From Naegleria gruberi (Eukaryota): a stretch of 64,000 bases of DNA. The stretch lies in the NCBI GenBank assembly GCA_000004985.1, contig GG738908.1. One strand, 5' to 3'. Below are positions 44,145 through 54,700 of the stretch, piece after piece (within the stretch, counting starts at the first letter, position 1; every line of letters starts with the position of its first letter). The notes under the pieces are model-generated. The model was given only the letters and a program-made list of their open reading frames with translations. It was not told the origin of the DNA and searched no databases. A program made the position numbers and the translations under genes.

Positions 44145-45221
44145 ATGCAACAAGTTGTTTTATTATTGGATGATGATTTGTCTCAATCGTTTGGTGATAT
44201 CGGAAGTGATTGGTTGTTTATAAAATTATCAACACAAATGCGAACTAAATTATTGCAAAATTCACACGAATTTCACACCACAAACTTTAAACTCGTGCAC
44301 ACGATTGGTGAGTGCAAACGAAAAGGCTCTTCCGAATATTTGTTGAATGATCCTATGGGTTTAAAAATTAGCAAATTGATGAATTGGTTGTTAATATGTG
44401 ATTCGGGAAATAAGAGAGTACAAATATATGACAGATTTAATTTTGAATACTTGTATTCGATTCGGATGAAAACTCAACCTCAATATGTGGAAATTGAAGA
44501 GTGGCATGATCAGTGTGGATATTATGCAGATGAGAATTCATTATTACTATACATTACTTGTTCGAATCAGGTTTTAATCAAGATGAAAGTTACTGTAGTG
44601 ATGGAAGAAAATGAAAAGAAACTTCATGTTGAGGAATTGTGGAATACTCGAGAATTATTGGAAAGAAATGAACTAAGTGCAGAGTATGGGCTATTCTTTG
44701 AGAGATTCAACCAAGAATATTTGAATTCTGTCTTGTATGTTTGTGATTCAACCAAGAGAAGAATTGTCATGTTGAATGCCCTTGATGGAAGCATTCTCAA
44801 TCAATTATTTCTGAAAAGAAAGGAGAAATTCAGTTCAGCAGTCTCTATTCTAATCGATTCTAAAAAGAAATGGATTTTAGTGAGCGAAATGGCTGGTCAA
44901 CGTGTGAAAATTTTAGATTACAAAACTAGACAATTATTACACTCACTTGGAAAGTATGGAAAAGAGTTGGATGAATTTTCATATCCTAGAGGAATATTCT
45001 TGGAAGAGAAGATGAATAGATTATATGTGTGTGATGCTTCAAATAATAGAATTTCGCTGATTGACTTGGACAAGTTGGAATTTGTGGAATATTTTGGAGG
45101 AAAGAATTCGAATATGGAACAAGTTCAATTGAAAACACCAACTTCAGTGGTGATTGATGATTCGACTGGAACTCTTCTAGTTTCTGATAACAAATTAGAT
45201 CAAGTTTTCATCTTTAGATGA
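44145..45221 (+). CDS. NHL-repeat (six-bladed beta-propeller) protein, probably soluble.
   Basis: aaaaaaaATG at 44145. NHL blades 'LLICDSGNKRVQIYD', 'LYVCDSTKRRIVMLN', 'ILVSEMAGQRVKILD', 'LYVCDASNNRISLID', 'LLVSDNKLDQVFIF'. Confidence 0.6.
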   Translation: MQQVVLLLDDDLSQSFGDIGSDWLFIKLSTQMRTKLLQNSHEFHTTNFKLVHTIGECKRKGSSEYLLNDPMGLKISKLMNWLLICDSGNKRVQIYDRFNFEYLYSIRMKTQPQYVEIEEWHDQCGYYADENSLLLYITCSNQVLIKMKVTVVMEENEKKLHVEELWNTRELLERNELSAEYGLFFERFNQEYLNSVLYVCDSTKRRIVMLNALDGSILNQLFLKRKEKFSSAVSILIDSKKKWILVSEMAGQRVKILDYKTRQLLHSLGKYGKELDEFSYPRGIFLEEKMNRLYVCDASNNRISLIDLDKLEFVEYFGGKNSNMEQVQLKTPTSVVIDDSTGTLLVSDNKLDQVFIFR

Positions 45222-45373
45222 ATTTGAAAAAGTTTCAGATTTACTTTTTCCTAGTTTGAATTGAACCACGAAGCCTATTGAAAGGAACAATGGCATGATA
45301 AAAGTCCACCACAAAATCCATATTATGTGCCATGCTCATATTCACAAGAGTTGTAATCTTCTTGTTATCAATG

Positions 45374-46291
45374 TCAATGGTCATCCCTCACTGGTGTGTA
45401 AACATTGGAATCAAAATTTTTCTCAAACCAAATTCTAAAATGTGAACTACTCGAAGCCAAAACAGTTTTGTGGCAATTTAAGGAAAGTTTTGAACCCAAA
45501 ATGATTTTCACATCACTGGTCGACTCTTGATTGTACAATTTCTTCAATGCTTGCAATATTGATGATGGTAATTTGTCGTTGCAAGTTAATTTGATTTGGG
45601 TTGGCTTGGTAAGGTTGACTTTGGCCATAATCTTTGCATAGTTCCGTATAATTATTGGACTATCCAACAATTTCTTGGAACAACCAACTTTAGGATGCTC
45701 AAAAGCCACCACTGTAAACTCAATACAATAATTATGTAATAGATCTAACAAATAATTCACCTTATTGAAATTCTCAATGAAATTCTGTTGTAAACCATCA
45801 ATTTTCTCGAACATGACAACTAAATTTTTCACAGTTATACTCTTCGTCACACTATTTATCAAATCCTGTTTCAAATTCGTCAAATACCTCCCATCATTCA
45901 CAGCAGACAATCCCAAAACATACAATATTTGCAATGCAGAATAATAATTCCTCCAATATTTATCTGCATGTTCCTTATAAATCAATTGATCGACCAAATG
46001 TTGCACAATTTCCAAGTATTCCTCCTCCATAATTGATAAATTGTGTTCCGAAAGCACATTCTCACCAAATTCGGGTGCCATTTCATTGATTAAAGGTCGA
46101 AAGGCCGTAACATTGGAATGAGCAATTAAATCTCTTTCGTGTTTTTGAAGAGAAAATTTACGTTCAGAATTTGATGATGGTGATGTTGAGGGAGACGATG
46201 ATGAATAAGCAGAATCAAGGGATCGGGGAGATGAAGAAGGTGAATAAGTTGAAGTATTATTAATACTGCTTATTGATAAATTATTCCTCAT
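45374..46291 (-). CDS. Hypothetical protein with a BTB/POZ-like segment at the C-terminal end of the ORF. The gene model may be incomplete at the 3' end.
   Basis: 'DVKIILGSKLSLNCHKTVLASSSSHFRIWFEKNF' resembles the BTB core. The ORF stops about 10 aa later, while a +1 frame continues ('DIDNKKITTLVNMSMAHNMDFVVDFY'), suggesting an unrecognised intron or a frameshift. Confidence 0.35.
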   Translation of the reverse strand: MRNNLSISSINNTSTYSPSSSPRSLDSAYSSSSPSTSPSSNSERKFSLQKHERDLIAHSNVTAFRPLINEMAPEFGENVLSEHNLSIMEEEYLEIVQHLVDQLIYKEHADKYWRNYYSALQILYVLGLSAVNDGRYLTNLKQDLINSVTKSITVKNLVVMFEKIDGLQQNFIENFNKVNYLLDLLHNYCIEFTVVAFEHPKVGCSKKLLDSPIIIRNYAKIMAKVNLTKPTQIKLTCNDKLPSSILQALKKLYNQESTSDVKIILGSKLSLNCHKTVLASSSSHFRIWFEKNFDSNVYTPVRDDH

Positions 46292-46588
46292 TGTCTTTTT
46301 CTATTATAAATCACTCGATGGCGATAAGTGAAGAGATGATGAGGGCAAGATGGTGTTCCTCTTTTTTGAAGTTCTTCTTTGTTGTTTAATGTTATTATTA
46401 AACACAAAATTACACACATTGATGGATCCTTAATTGGAGTTTGTTGAACCAATTTAATACCAATGGTCTACTGTAAATTTTGAAAAAATAAAAAAATAAA
46501 AGTAAATTACAAATTAGATTATTAAGAATGAAATATTTGATAATACATATTGTTGATAATAAGTATTGAAAATTATAAAACTTTTCGG

Positions 46589-46662
46589 TGGAGTATAGAG
46601 TGATTTGAACACCTGACCTCCCGCTTGCAGAGCGGGCGCTCTCCCATCTGAGCTAACACCCC
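46589..46662 (-). tRNA. tRNA-Ala (anticodon UGC)-like gene on the minus strand, with non-canonical features.
   Basis: The reverse complement reads GGGGTGTTAGCTCAGATGGGAGAGCGCCCGCTCTGCAAGCGGGAGGTCAGGTGTTCAAATCACTCTATACTCCA. The acceptor GGGGTGT/ATACTCC pairs with two G-U pairs. The D-arm GCTC-AGATGGGA-GAGC and the T-loop TTCAAAT are canonical. The anticodon loop is TCTGCAA, giving UGC. However position 33 is C, the T-stem has an A:C mismatch, and there is one extra nucleotide, so the gene may be a pseudogene or my fold may be off. Confidence 0.55.
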
Positions 46663-46754
46663 TTAGAAGAAAAATTTTAAAATAAGGAAAATGTTGTACT
46701 CATGGCAATTATCTATCCACAATGTGAAATTTGACACTAATTTACCATAATAAA

Positions 46755-47531
46755 ATGTCATCACCAGTGAAATCCAGAGCAAAGAAAGCCAGAGAACGTT
46801 TTCTATTGATTACTCTGTTGACCATCACGACAACCGTGACCATACTTTCAATTGGATTATTCTTCCTTTCAGTTCCATTGAGTGGAGCTCATCACAATGA
46901 TTGTTCTGCTTCTAATTGTCGAGTTACCTCTTCATCAAAACAACTCTATCTACAATACGATTTGACCACTTCTAGACGAAACCTGACCATAACCATGCAA
47001 GTTATCTTTGATGAATCATTACTCTCGGATCAATCGAATACCATTCCGTGCATTATCACACCTCTATCATCATCTAATCAATCAATTAATAATAATAATA
47101 ATAATATTACGGAAAATAATTTAGTGTCATTGTTAGGAAAAACAACAACAACAAAATCATCATCATTAGACAATCAACAAAATTTAGAATCATCCACTCG
47201 TATTCTTCTGATGACGGAAAGTTCTTCTATCATCATTACTTACAATAATATTAATTACTCCATCACTACCAATTCTTCATCATCAGACGCAATTCCATGC
47301 TACTACAATGATGCCAATTCCTTCTTCTTTGGCATGACATTCTCCCTCCCGAAAGAACATGCTCAGCTCGAACTCATCCTCGGAGGAGTAATGATTCCCT
47401 TCATCATTCTCGTTGTTGGTTGTTTGTGTTGTTTACCTCTGTCCATGTCATGGATTTGTATGAAGGAGGATATTATGGAGAGGAAGCAGAAGGTAGATTT
47501 TCATAAATTGGACTCAACTTGGGATGAATAA
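46755..47531 (+). CDS. Hypothetical membrane protein, Asn/Ser-rich, with two hydrophobic segments.
   Basis: ATG at 46755 'MSSPVKSRAKKARERF', TM 'LLITLLTITTTVTILSIGLFFL', an N/S-rich middle, and a second TM 'LILGGVMIPFIILVVGCLCCL'. No family recognised. Confidence 0.35.
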   Translation: MSSPVKSRAKKARERFLLITLLTITTTVTILSIGLFFLSVPLSGAHHNDCSASNCRVTSSSKQLYLQYDLTTSRRNLTITMQVIFDESLLSDQSNTIPCIITPLSSSNQSINNNNNNITENNLVSLLGKTTTTKSSSLDNQQNLESSTRILLMTESSSIIITYNNINYSITTNSSSSDAIPCYYNDANSFFFGMTFSLPKEHAQLELILGGVMIPFIILVVGCLCCLPLSMSWICMKEDIMERKQKVDFHKLDSTWDE

Positions 47532-48096
47532 AGATGATGAAGTAACCCACAATATTTTGCCTGATGCATATTTTTTTTAACAACAATTTGTAACGGTAAC
47601 TTTTACTGGAAAGAAAATTGCTTTGTTAGAAAAGTCATTTTGTGTTGGTTTCTCTCAGATCACTTTTCTGATTCAAAATTGTACTTTGTATTATTGCAAA
47701 TTGTAAAGGGACTGAACTATCATTACAACATGATCACTTCAATTTTTGAAACCTTCATTTCAAATTACTATAAATACTTGTCTCGAGAGTAAGATCTTTC
47801 AAACAAGCGTCTCTTGTGCAAAAAAAACGAAAGAAACGAACAGCAATACATGTCTTCGAGAAAGAATAAAGGCATTGTATTGGGCCCCTTGATAGGATCA
47901 TTAATAAGTTGTTCTCTCCAAATTGTTTTACAACTCTGTCAACATTAGTTGCGTACCAAGATCTGTCAAGGGGCATTCGAAACTGGAAAAATAAAGCGTT
48001 TTTTAAGCTCATCATTTTCCTCATCATTTTCTATCATTTTCAGTTTCCAAAGCAACCTTTAGTTTACAAAAACTCTTGTGAACTCATCAAAAAAAA

Positions 48097-48987
48097 TGGC
48101 TAAATTCACAATCTTCCCTCTCGCCCTTTTATTCATCCTCCTTCAGCTCACCCACAATCTCCTCGCCAAACGTCAAGTCCTCTACTGGATGGGCCTCGAA
48201 CGCACTCACGAAAATATCACTCACGATTTGAATGATATTTTGGAGAGAGCAAGGGAAGGCGAATTTACACAAATTTCCTATGAAGTAAGTTGTGTGGAAA
48301 ATTGATGGAGAATTGATGGAATTGATAATGTGGAATGGTGGATAGGCTTATAATTTGGGAGAATATTCATCGTTTGTGGATAATCACTTTAGTAATGTGT
48401 TGCCATTACTAAAAAAGGCTAATTTGCAAACTTTTCCAATGATAACTACTGTTAATATTCCGTATTTGCAAGAATTGTTGAATAATGAGACGACTATGGA
48501 TAGATTTATTATTCAAGCTGTCGAAAATCAAAAGAATATAGACACAACTGGATATAATATTGATTTTGAACCTATTCGAAATGATATTACAACTCAACTA
48601 GCTCCAAATTTTGTAAAATTCTTGAATAGATTTGCGGATTCTCTTCATCTTGTTGGAAAGAAACTTACTGTTTGCATTGCTTCTTGGAGTTTCTTCTGGG
48701 ATTGGAATTTATTATCAGAAAGTCGAGTTGACAAGATTATTACCATGGACACCTATGCTGCTCGTGCAGAACAATTCGATTCTGCATTTAAAAAGGCAGT
48801 TACAACAATTCCTATTAGAAAGTTAGGTTTAGGGTTAATGATTGATTCGAGAGTAAACCAAACTGAACTAGGAAGAAGAATTTCAATGATTGAAAATTCT
48901 GGAATTGATGAAATTGATGTTTGGCAATATCAAGACGTGCCTGAGTTTTGGTTTAATGAATTGGAAAAATTCGTCAAGAATAATTGA
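48097..48987 (+). CDS. Secreted glycoside-hydrolase family 18-like (chitinase/chitobiase-like) protein: join(48097..48284, 48349..48987).
   Basis: aaaaaaaATG at 48097 with signal peptide 'MAKFTIFPLALLFILLQLTHNLLA'. Donor gaa|GTAAGT at 48285 and acceptor ...ggatag| at 48348. 'TTGYNIDFEP' resembles the GH18 'DGxDxDWE' catalytic motif, with the first Asp replaced by Asn. The family call is tentative. Confidence 0.4.
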
Positions 48988-49191
48988 GTTTCTAATTTGG
49001 ATTTTTGAATGAAATTGAAAATAAATCAAACCTCAACTTTTACGGAGATGCAATAAAACAATTATAAAAAATGGATCCAACACGTTTCTCTTTGAGTTTG
49101 ATTGTTGTGTTGATTCTTTTCAACACCTTTCATTTATCAAACTGTCAAACATCAACACTTTCGAATAATTTCTAAACAAGAGTCTTGCTGC

Positions 49192-49737
49192 TTGCCTCCA
49201 AATTTCAATTACAAATACAGCTACATGCAAACAGTTGTTGGAAACTCTAGCCAACACATCAGTGGAACTTTCGAATATGATTTTGATGCAATTGGAGGAA
49301 AGTCAAGATTGGATTCGTATACAACCGGACCTTTAGGTCAAGTGAATGTGGCCACAAATTGGATCTTTCTCAATAACTCTAATGGCCTACAACTTTCCTA
49401 CACCAACACTCAAGGTTCCTGCACCTGTGTCCAAATCAAGAAAACTCATTTCGACCAAATATGTTATCCTATTGGAAACCCAATTGAAAATGAAAAGATT
49501 GTGATTGGTGGATTAGTTGCCAATCGTTTGGTTTACCTCGAAGAAAATGGACAAACAAGAATTGAAAGTACCATTTTCAATCAAGATGGAAATTGTTGGA
49601 TTTTGAATAGAAATGTTTTTTCCAAAATGATTGTTCAATCATTCAATTATTATAACATGGTTGGAAAGTTGTATGTTGAGAGATTTAGATTACCTGCTAA
49701 TTGTCCAAAAGCAGATCATTGCACTCCACTTCCATGA
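49192..49737 (+). CDS. Hypothetical protein. It may be preceded by a signal-peptide exon at about 49076, but the join is unresolved.
   Basis: ORF 49192..49737. Upstream aaaaaATG at 49072 encodes 'MDPTRFSLSLIVVLILFNTFHLSNCQ' (signal peptide) followed by a stop. No clean GT..AG join was found. Confidence 0.3.
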   Translation: MPPNFNYKYSYMQTVVGNSSQHISGTFEYDFDAIGGKSRLDSYTTGPLGQVNVATNWIFLNNSNGLQLSYTNTQGSCTCVQIKKTHFDQICYPIGNPIENEKIVIGGLVANRLVYLEENGQTRIESTIFNQDGNCWILNRNVFSKMIVQSFNYYNMVGKLYVERFRLPANCPKADHCTPLP

Positions 49738-49942
49738 ATTTGAGAGATTGGTAAAATACCTTTCAAGAAAACATAAGAATCAATAAAGAAAACATTTAAA
49801 TTTATTCAGTTATCATGAATGATTACATGCAATAAGAACTTTTTTTCTTCTATAAATTGATCTATTAAGCAAATATGTGTTCAGTAATTTCAGTCATTGT
49901 AATTTAGTATTTCGGAGCTTGGGATTCTTAAGGAAGAAAAAA

Positions 49943-51423
49943 ATGTCCTACTCCCTCTTTGTGCCTCTTTCTCTGAGTCTTTCTGACGATGCACCAGGTT
50001 TTAATACCAGCAATACTGCAGCAATAGATTCATCATCATCTCATCAGCAACACCTTCGGAGGAGGAAAATCTTGGACCATTGTGCTGGAAATGTGATGGC
50101 ACTGGCTTGCAAAAAAGAAAAGGACCAAAACCTCCCAAATCATCAAATAATAATCATATAATTAATAATAATAGTAATAATAATAATTTAATAGATGATG
50201 AAATTCCACCATGTAAAGTTTGTAAAGGCATGAAAAGGTTGAAAATTAAAAAACAATTATTGGAAGCCAAAAGTCGGATGGGAGAAATTACTCAAGTTTC
50301 CATTCCAAGTGATTGGAACAAAATAGTAGGACTAGGAGACGAGCAAGAAGGTTCTAGCTATGATAATGTAGAACATTTAAATCAAGTACTTCTCACACAA
50401 GAAGAACTCCAACCAAAAGAAGGAGAACAATTGTGTGGTCTTGTTGGAGGATGGAGAATATTCCAAAAGAAAGGAGGACATCGTTGGACTACTGATGATA
50501 TTGTTACAGCTTGGGCAGCATGTACTGCAGTGAAAACTATTTTACCTCTCATTAGGAAATTTAACAGAGAAAATCAACCATCATCATCATCTTCATCGTC
50601 TACTGATATTTCAATCGAGGAAGAAGATGCTGATATCAAATGGGAAGATTTGATTTCAAATTATTTAGATATCGGATGTGGAAATGGTTCTGTTCTAATG
50701 ATGGTAGCTCGGAATATGCCACTCACAACCAAATGCATTGGAGTTGAGGCAAGAAGTGAAGCTGTCTCTCTCGCCCGTAGGAGCATTGCTTTCAATTGTG
50801 GATTGGATTCAACTCGTATTCAGGTGAGAAATAGAGATTTTCGAGAAATTAATTCCAATACCATGATGAATGTATTACCTGAAGGAAGTGGTTTTTTCGA
50901 TCTAGTAACAGGCACCCCTCCTTACTTTAGAGTAAATTTCAAACATAATAGCAACAAGGTGGAAGAAGCATTAATAAGACAAGGTGGTATGCCTTCTAAT
51001 AAGGACTCTTGTCCTGCAAGATGTGAATTCAGAGGAGGAATAGAGGCCTACTGCCAAGCTGCGTCTGTTGCCATGAAACCAATGAGTGGTGTGTTTGTGG
51101 TGTGTGAAAATTGGTTGAATCATGATCGTGTGGTAATGGCCGCAAAAGAAGCAAGGCTGCACATTTACTCTATGAATAAGATAAGCGGAAAAGAGGGTAA
51201 AGATGTACTATTTTGTGTCTATTCAATGATCAGCCAACAATTGGTTGACTCTATATCGGAAAGCACATATGTACAAATAAGCAACTATTCAAAATTAATA
51301 GAAACCACTATCAACTCGCAAGCAGTTCGAGATATGGATGGAGCGTGGACAAATGATTATGGACAATTATTGAGGGATGTTCTCTACCCAGTTGCAAGCC
51401 TTCATCCCAGTGGTAAATATTAA
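49943..51423 (+). CDS. Class I SAM-dependent methyltransferase with a (D/N)PPY-type motif ('GTPPYF', HemK/N6-MTase-like) and an N-terminal CxxC...CxxC zinc-ribbon-like region. There is a frame discontinuity between the ATG at 49943 and frame 1 at about 50005-50080.
   Basis: aaaaaaaATG at 49943 is in the frame of ORF 49877.., whereas the body (ORF 50080..51423, 'CWKCDGTG', 'CKVCKGMKRL', motif I 'LDIGCGNGSVLMMVA', motif IV 'LVTGTPPYF') is in another frame with no in-frame ATG before 'MKRL'. No GT..AG intron fits, so this is either an assembly indel or non-canonical. Confidence 0.5.
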
Positions 51424-51758
51424 CAACAATATTTTGACCTACCAAATACTTCATTTTCAATTTCCATTTATTTAAAAGAGATGATTGACTTTGAAATGTG
51501 TCAACATTTGAGAAGAAAAATCATGTTTGCCCGCTGTAACAATTATTGTAGATCAATTGTAGTTTCTCGTAGAAATTCAGGTATGTGCATGAAAATTTAC
51601 TTTAGCTGTTTAGCCAGCTACAATGGGTCTTTGCTTGCCTCTTATTTGTACAGAAGCCTAATGATGGCGATGTGATGGAGGTTGATGGGCGAATGTAATA
51701 TTCTTCACCTACCATTAAGGAAGAAGCCTTTTAAAAGCAAGAAAAAAAGAACACCGTT

Positions 51759-54700
51759 ATGAGCGAATCACATGATATCGGCAACAGTGGTGCTCTCAAA
51801 CATCATCATCATCAATTAGATAATAGTAGTAAGGAAAATGGTGGCTCAATTGTTAGCTCTTCATCAAATACCCAATCAAATATCAGCAAGGGCGCATTTT
51901 CCTTCATGAAGAGCATAATATATGATAAGCTTTTTAATTTTCTAGCAATGGCCAAATCTTCCGAGAGCAGAAATGGAAGAAAATGGCAATCAATCTATTA
52001 TTTGTTTCATATCTATTTCTTTTTCGTCATCTTAATAATACCTACTCTATCAACATATTATCCAAACCTCTATACATCAGATACAACACAATATGCATCA
52101 AGAATTCAGAGTTTCCCTCTCCCTTTGGATACTATGGTGGTTTTGTATTTAGAGTTTTGAACTACTTCATAACGTTTGGCGTTGATACTCTTAGTGCTCC
52201 CTATTATTTTACTATTGCACTGTCATCAGTCATCATATTACTTTACTCATGCTTCCCACTCTTGGTTGTTTACACTCACAAAAAACTCTATGGAAGCGCC
52301 AAGAAACGACTCAATTCTTTTGTGGGCATATTTTCCTTCCTTGTTCTTGTTTTTGCTCCTTTCAGTATCTTTGTAATGACTAGTTTTATTGATTGTGATT
52401 TGAAAACAACAATAAGTGTGGATGGTTTTGATGTATATCCACTGATCAGGTTTCCAACCTATGCATGCTACGATTCAAGCAATGTCATTCTCATTGTAAT
52501 TAACTATATAGGAATGGCCATCTTGTTGGGAAGTTCTTTGATGGCTGTACATATTCTTCCAATGGGTAATCCAGAATCTTCCATACCCTTTCTTTCTGAA
52601 AACCAATTCACATTGATGGGAATTATTGGAAACACCATTTTTAGAATTGGTATTGTTTTTGCAATTCCATATTATCTACTTTATTTGAGAGCTATTGTAC
52701 ACGCAGTATTTTCAATTGTTTCAATAGTCTATCTTTTTTTTGGAGTGCCATTCTTTAAAAGATATGAAAACTCTGTTTATTCTGCAGTATTATTTGGTTC
52801 ATTTGGATCAAGTATTGGAGTTTTGATTAGCTGCCTTGTAAATACTTCAAACGATAATAATTTGGGAGCTGGAATGCTTGGTCTGGTATTTGGATTAACA
52901 ATAATTTTCATGTCAATTGGATATATTGTTATGGAAATTTACACAAGATTAATGGTACATAAAATTAGAAAGATTTTCCACCAATTCTTGAACCAAACAA
53001 CAGACTCCATGTCAGAGGATGATGGCTTGACAAGCATAATGGAAAGATACTGTGCTGAGATATTTTCGACCATTTCAAACACATCACTAACAGCATTCAG
53101 AATGTATATGCAATTCAATATCAAGAAAAAGGTTGGCTATGCTGTTAACGAAAGAACGGATAGCAATATCATTTTGGTATTCATCAAGACATATGCTCCC
53201 AAGAAGAATTTCGATTCACCAATCCTATTATTGTACTCTTCCTTATTTATTTCTCATCAATGGACTGATCCTAATAGGTATTCCTTTGCACTTTATCTAT
53301 TGAAGAGAACTGAGAAGAATCATAACAATAATTATTTTGTAAAACTTTCAGTCTTGTGCAGATGTAGAGATATGGAAATGCATATTGACAAGTCACATAA
53401 TGGAAGAGGAAATTTGGAAGTGAAAGCACTTTTGGATAAACTGGAACAAAAGCAAGAGGAATTGAAGAATGTACATAGAGCATTTTGGAAAGAAATGACA
53501 GCAGAACGTCCTAAAGAGGAGAAAATCTACACTATCAATGCTATTTCAGCAGAAATTATGACATACTGTGATGAATCCTATGAGCACTTACTAGCAAACT
53601 TTCCTCATGATAAAACAGTGATAAGATACTATGCTAATTATGTTGAAAATATCAAGTTGGATAAGGAACTATCTACTGGACTCTTTGAAGAAGCACAAGT
53701 TTTAGAAGAGGAAGAATCTAAAAACTCGAGAACTTCAACCTATCTCTTCAACACCTCAAGAAAGGGATCCAAATTCAAAACCAACCGAGTAGCTCCAGCA
53801 AATTCTCACAGTTTTTCAGACAATTTGAGAACCAGTGAAAATAGTCTTACATCTTTTACCCAAAGAAGACCATCATCTCCTACAAATCACACCATTACTC
53901 CGGAATTGAGTGTTATCGACAAACAAATACTCGAAGATTCAGATGATTTTCGTGGGGTAGAAGAAGAATTAACTCCACAACAACTTCACTACCGTCGGGC
54001 TGCTGTCTTTAGAAATGCTTTAAACACTCCATATGAATCCTCTATTAGAAAATCTATTTTCATAGGACTTGCTGTACTCTCAGTTCTTTTATTGGCTGCT
54101 ATTTTTTCTGTCTCTGTTTATTATGATATTGAAGTTACGAAAACATATTTGGTAAAATCCAGCTGTCTTACTATGAGTTCACCTGGTGCAATGCTTCGAG
54201 ATATTAGATTGATGCAAATTCTAACTGAAACATATGGAAATTTGAAATGGAAAATACCTGAAAATGGAACCGTAGAGTACCAAGAATTACAGACCTATAT
54301 GAGCTATTATACCAAAGCTTTTACTTTCCAACAACAAAATTTATTGAACCTTCAAGCTGTTTCACAATCAGGATCTTTTTCTGAAAGAATGTATCAGGAC
54401 TATACAGTTGAGGACAAGACCATAATGGTACCAATTTCTAACGATACATCTTCAAACACACTTCTAGAATATACAAACACATTCAAAAAAACAACATCAG
54501 TCAGAGAAATTACTCAAGAATTATTAACCCATGCCAATTCTGTTCTAGAATTACAAATAGACTATAACAAATCTCTAAATAGTTATCCATTCATGTACAT
54601 TTTTCAAAATAGAAAGTATGCAGCTGATGCTTTTTACACCTTTTGCAAAGCGTAAGTTTTTAAATTTTGAATGCTATCTTAATATCATCTTACAGATTTC

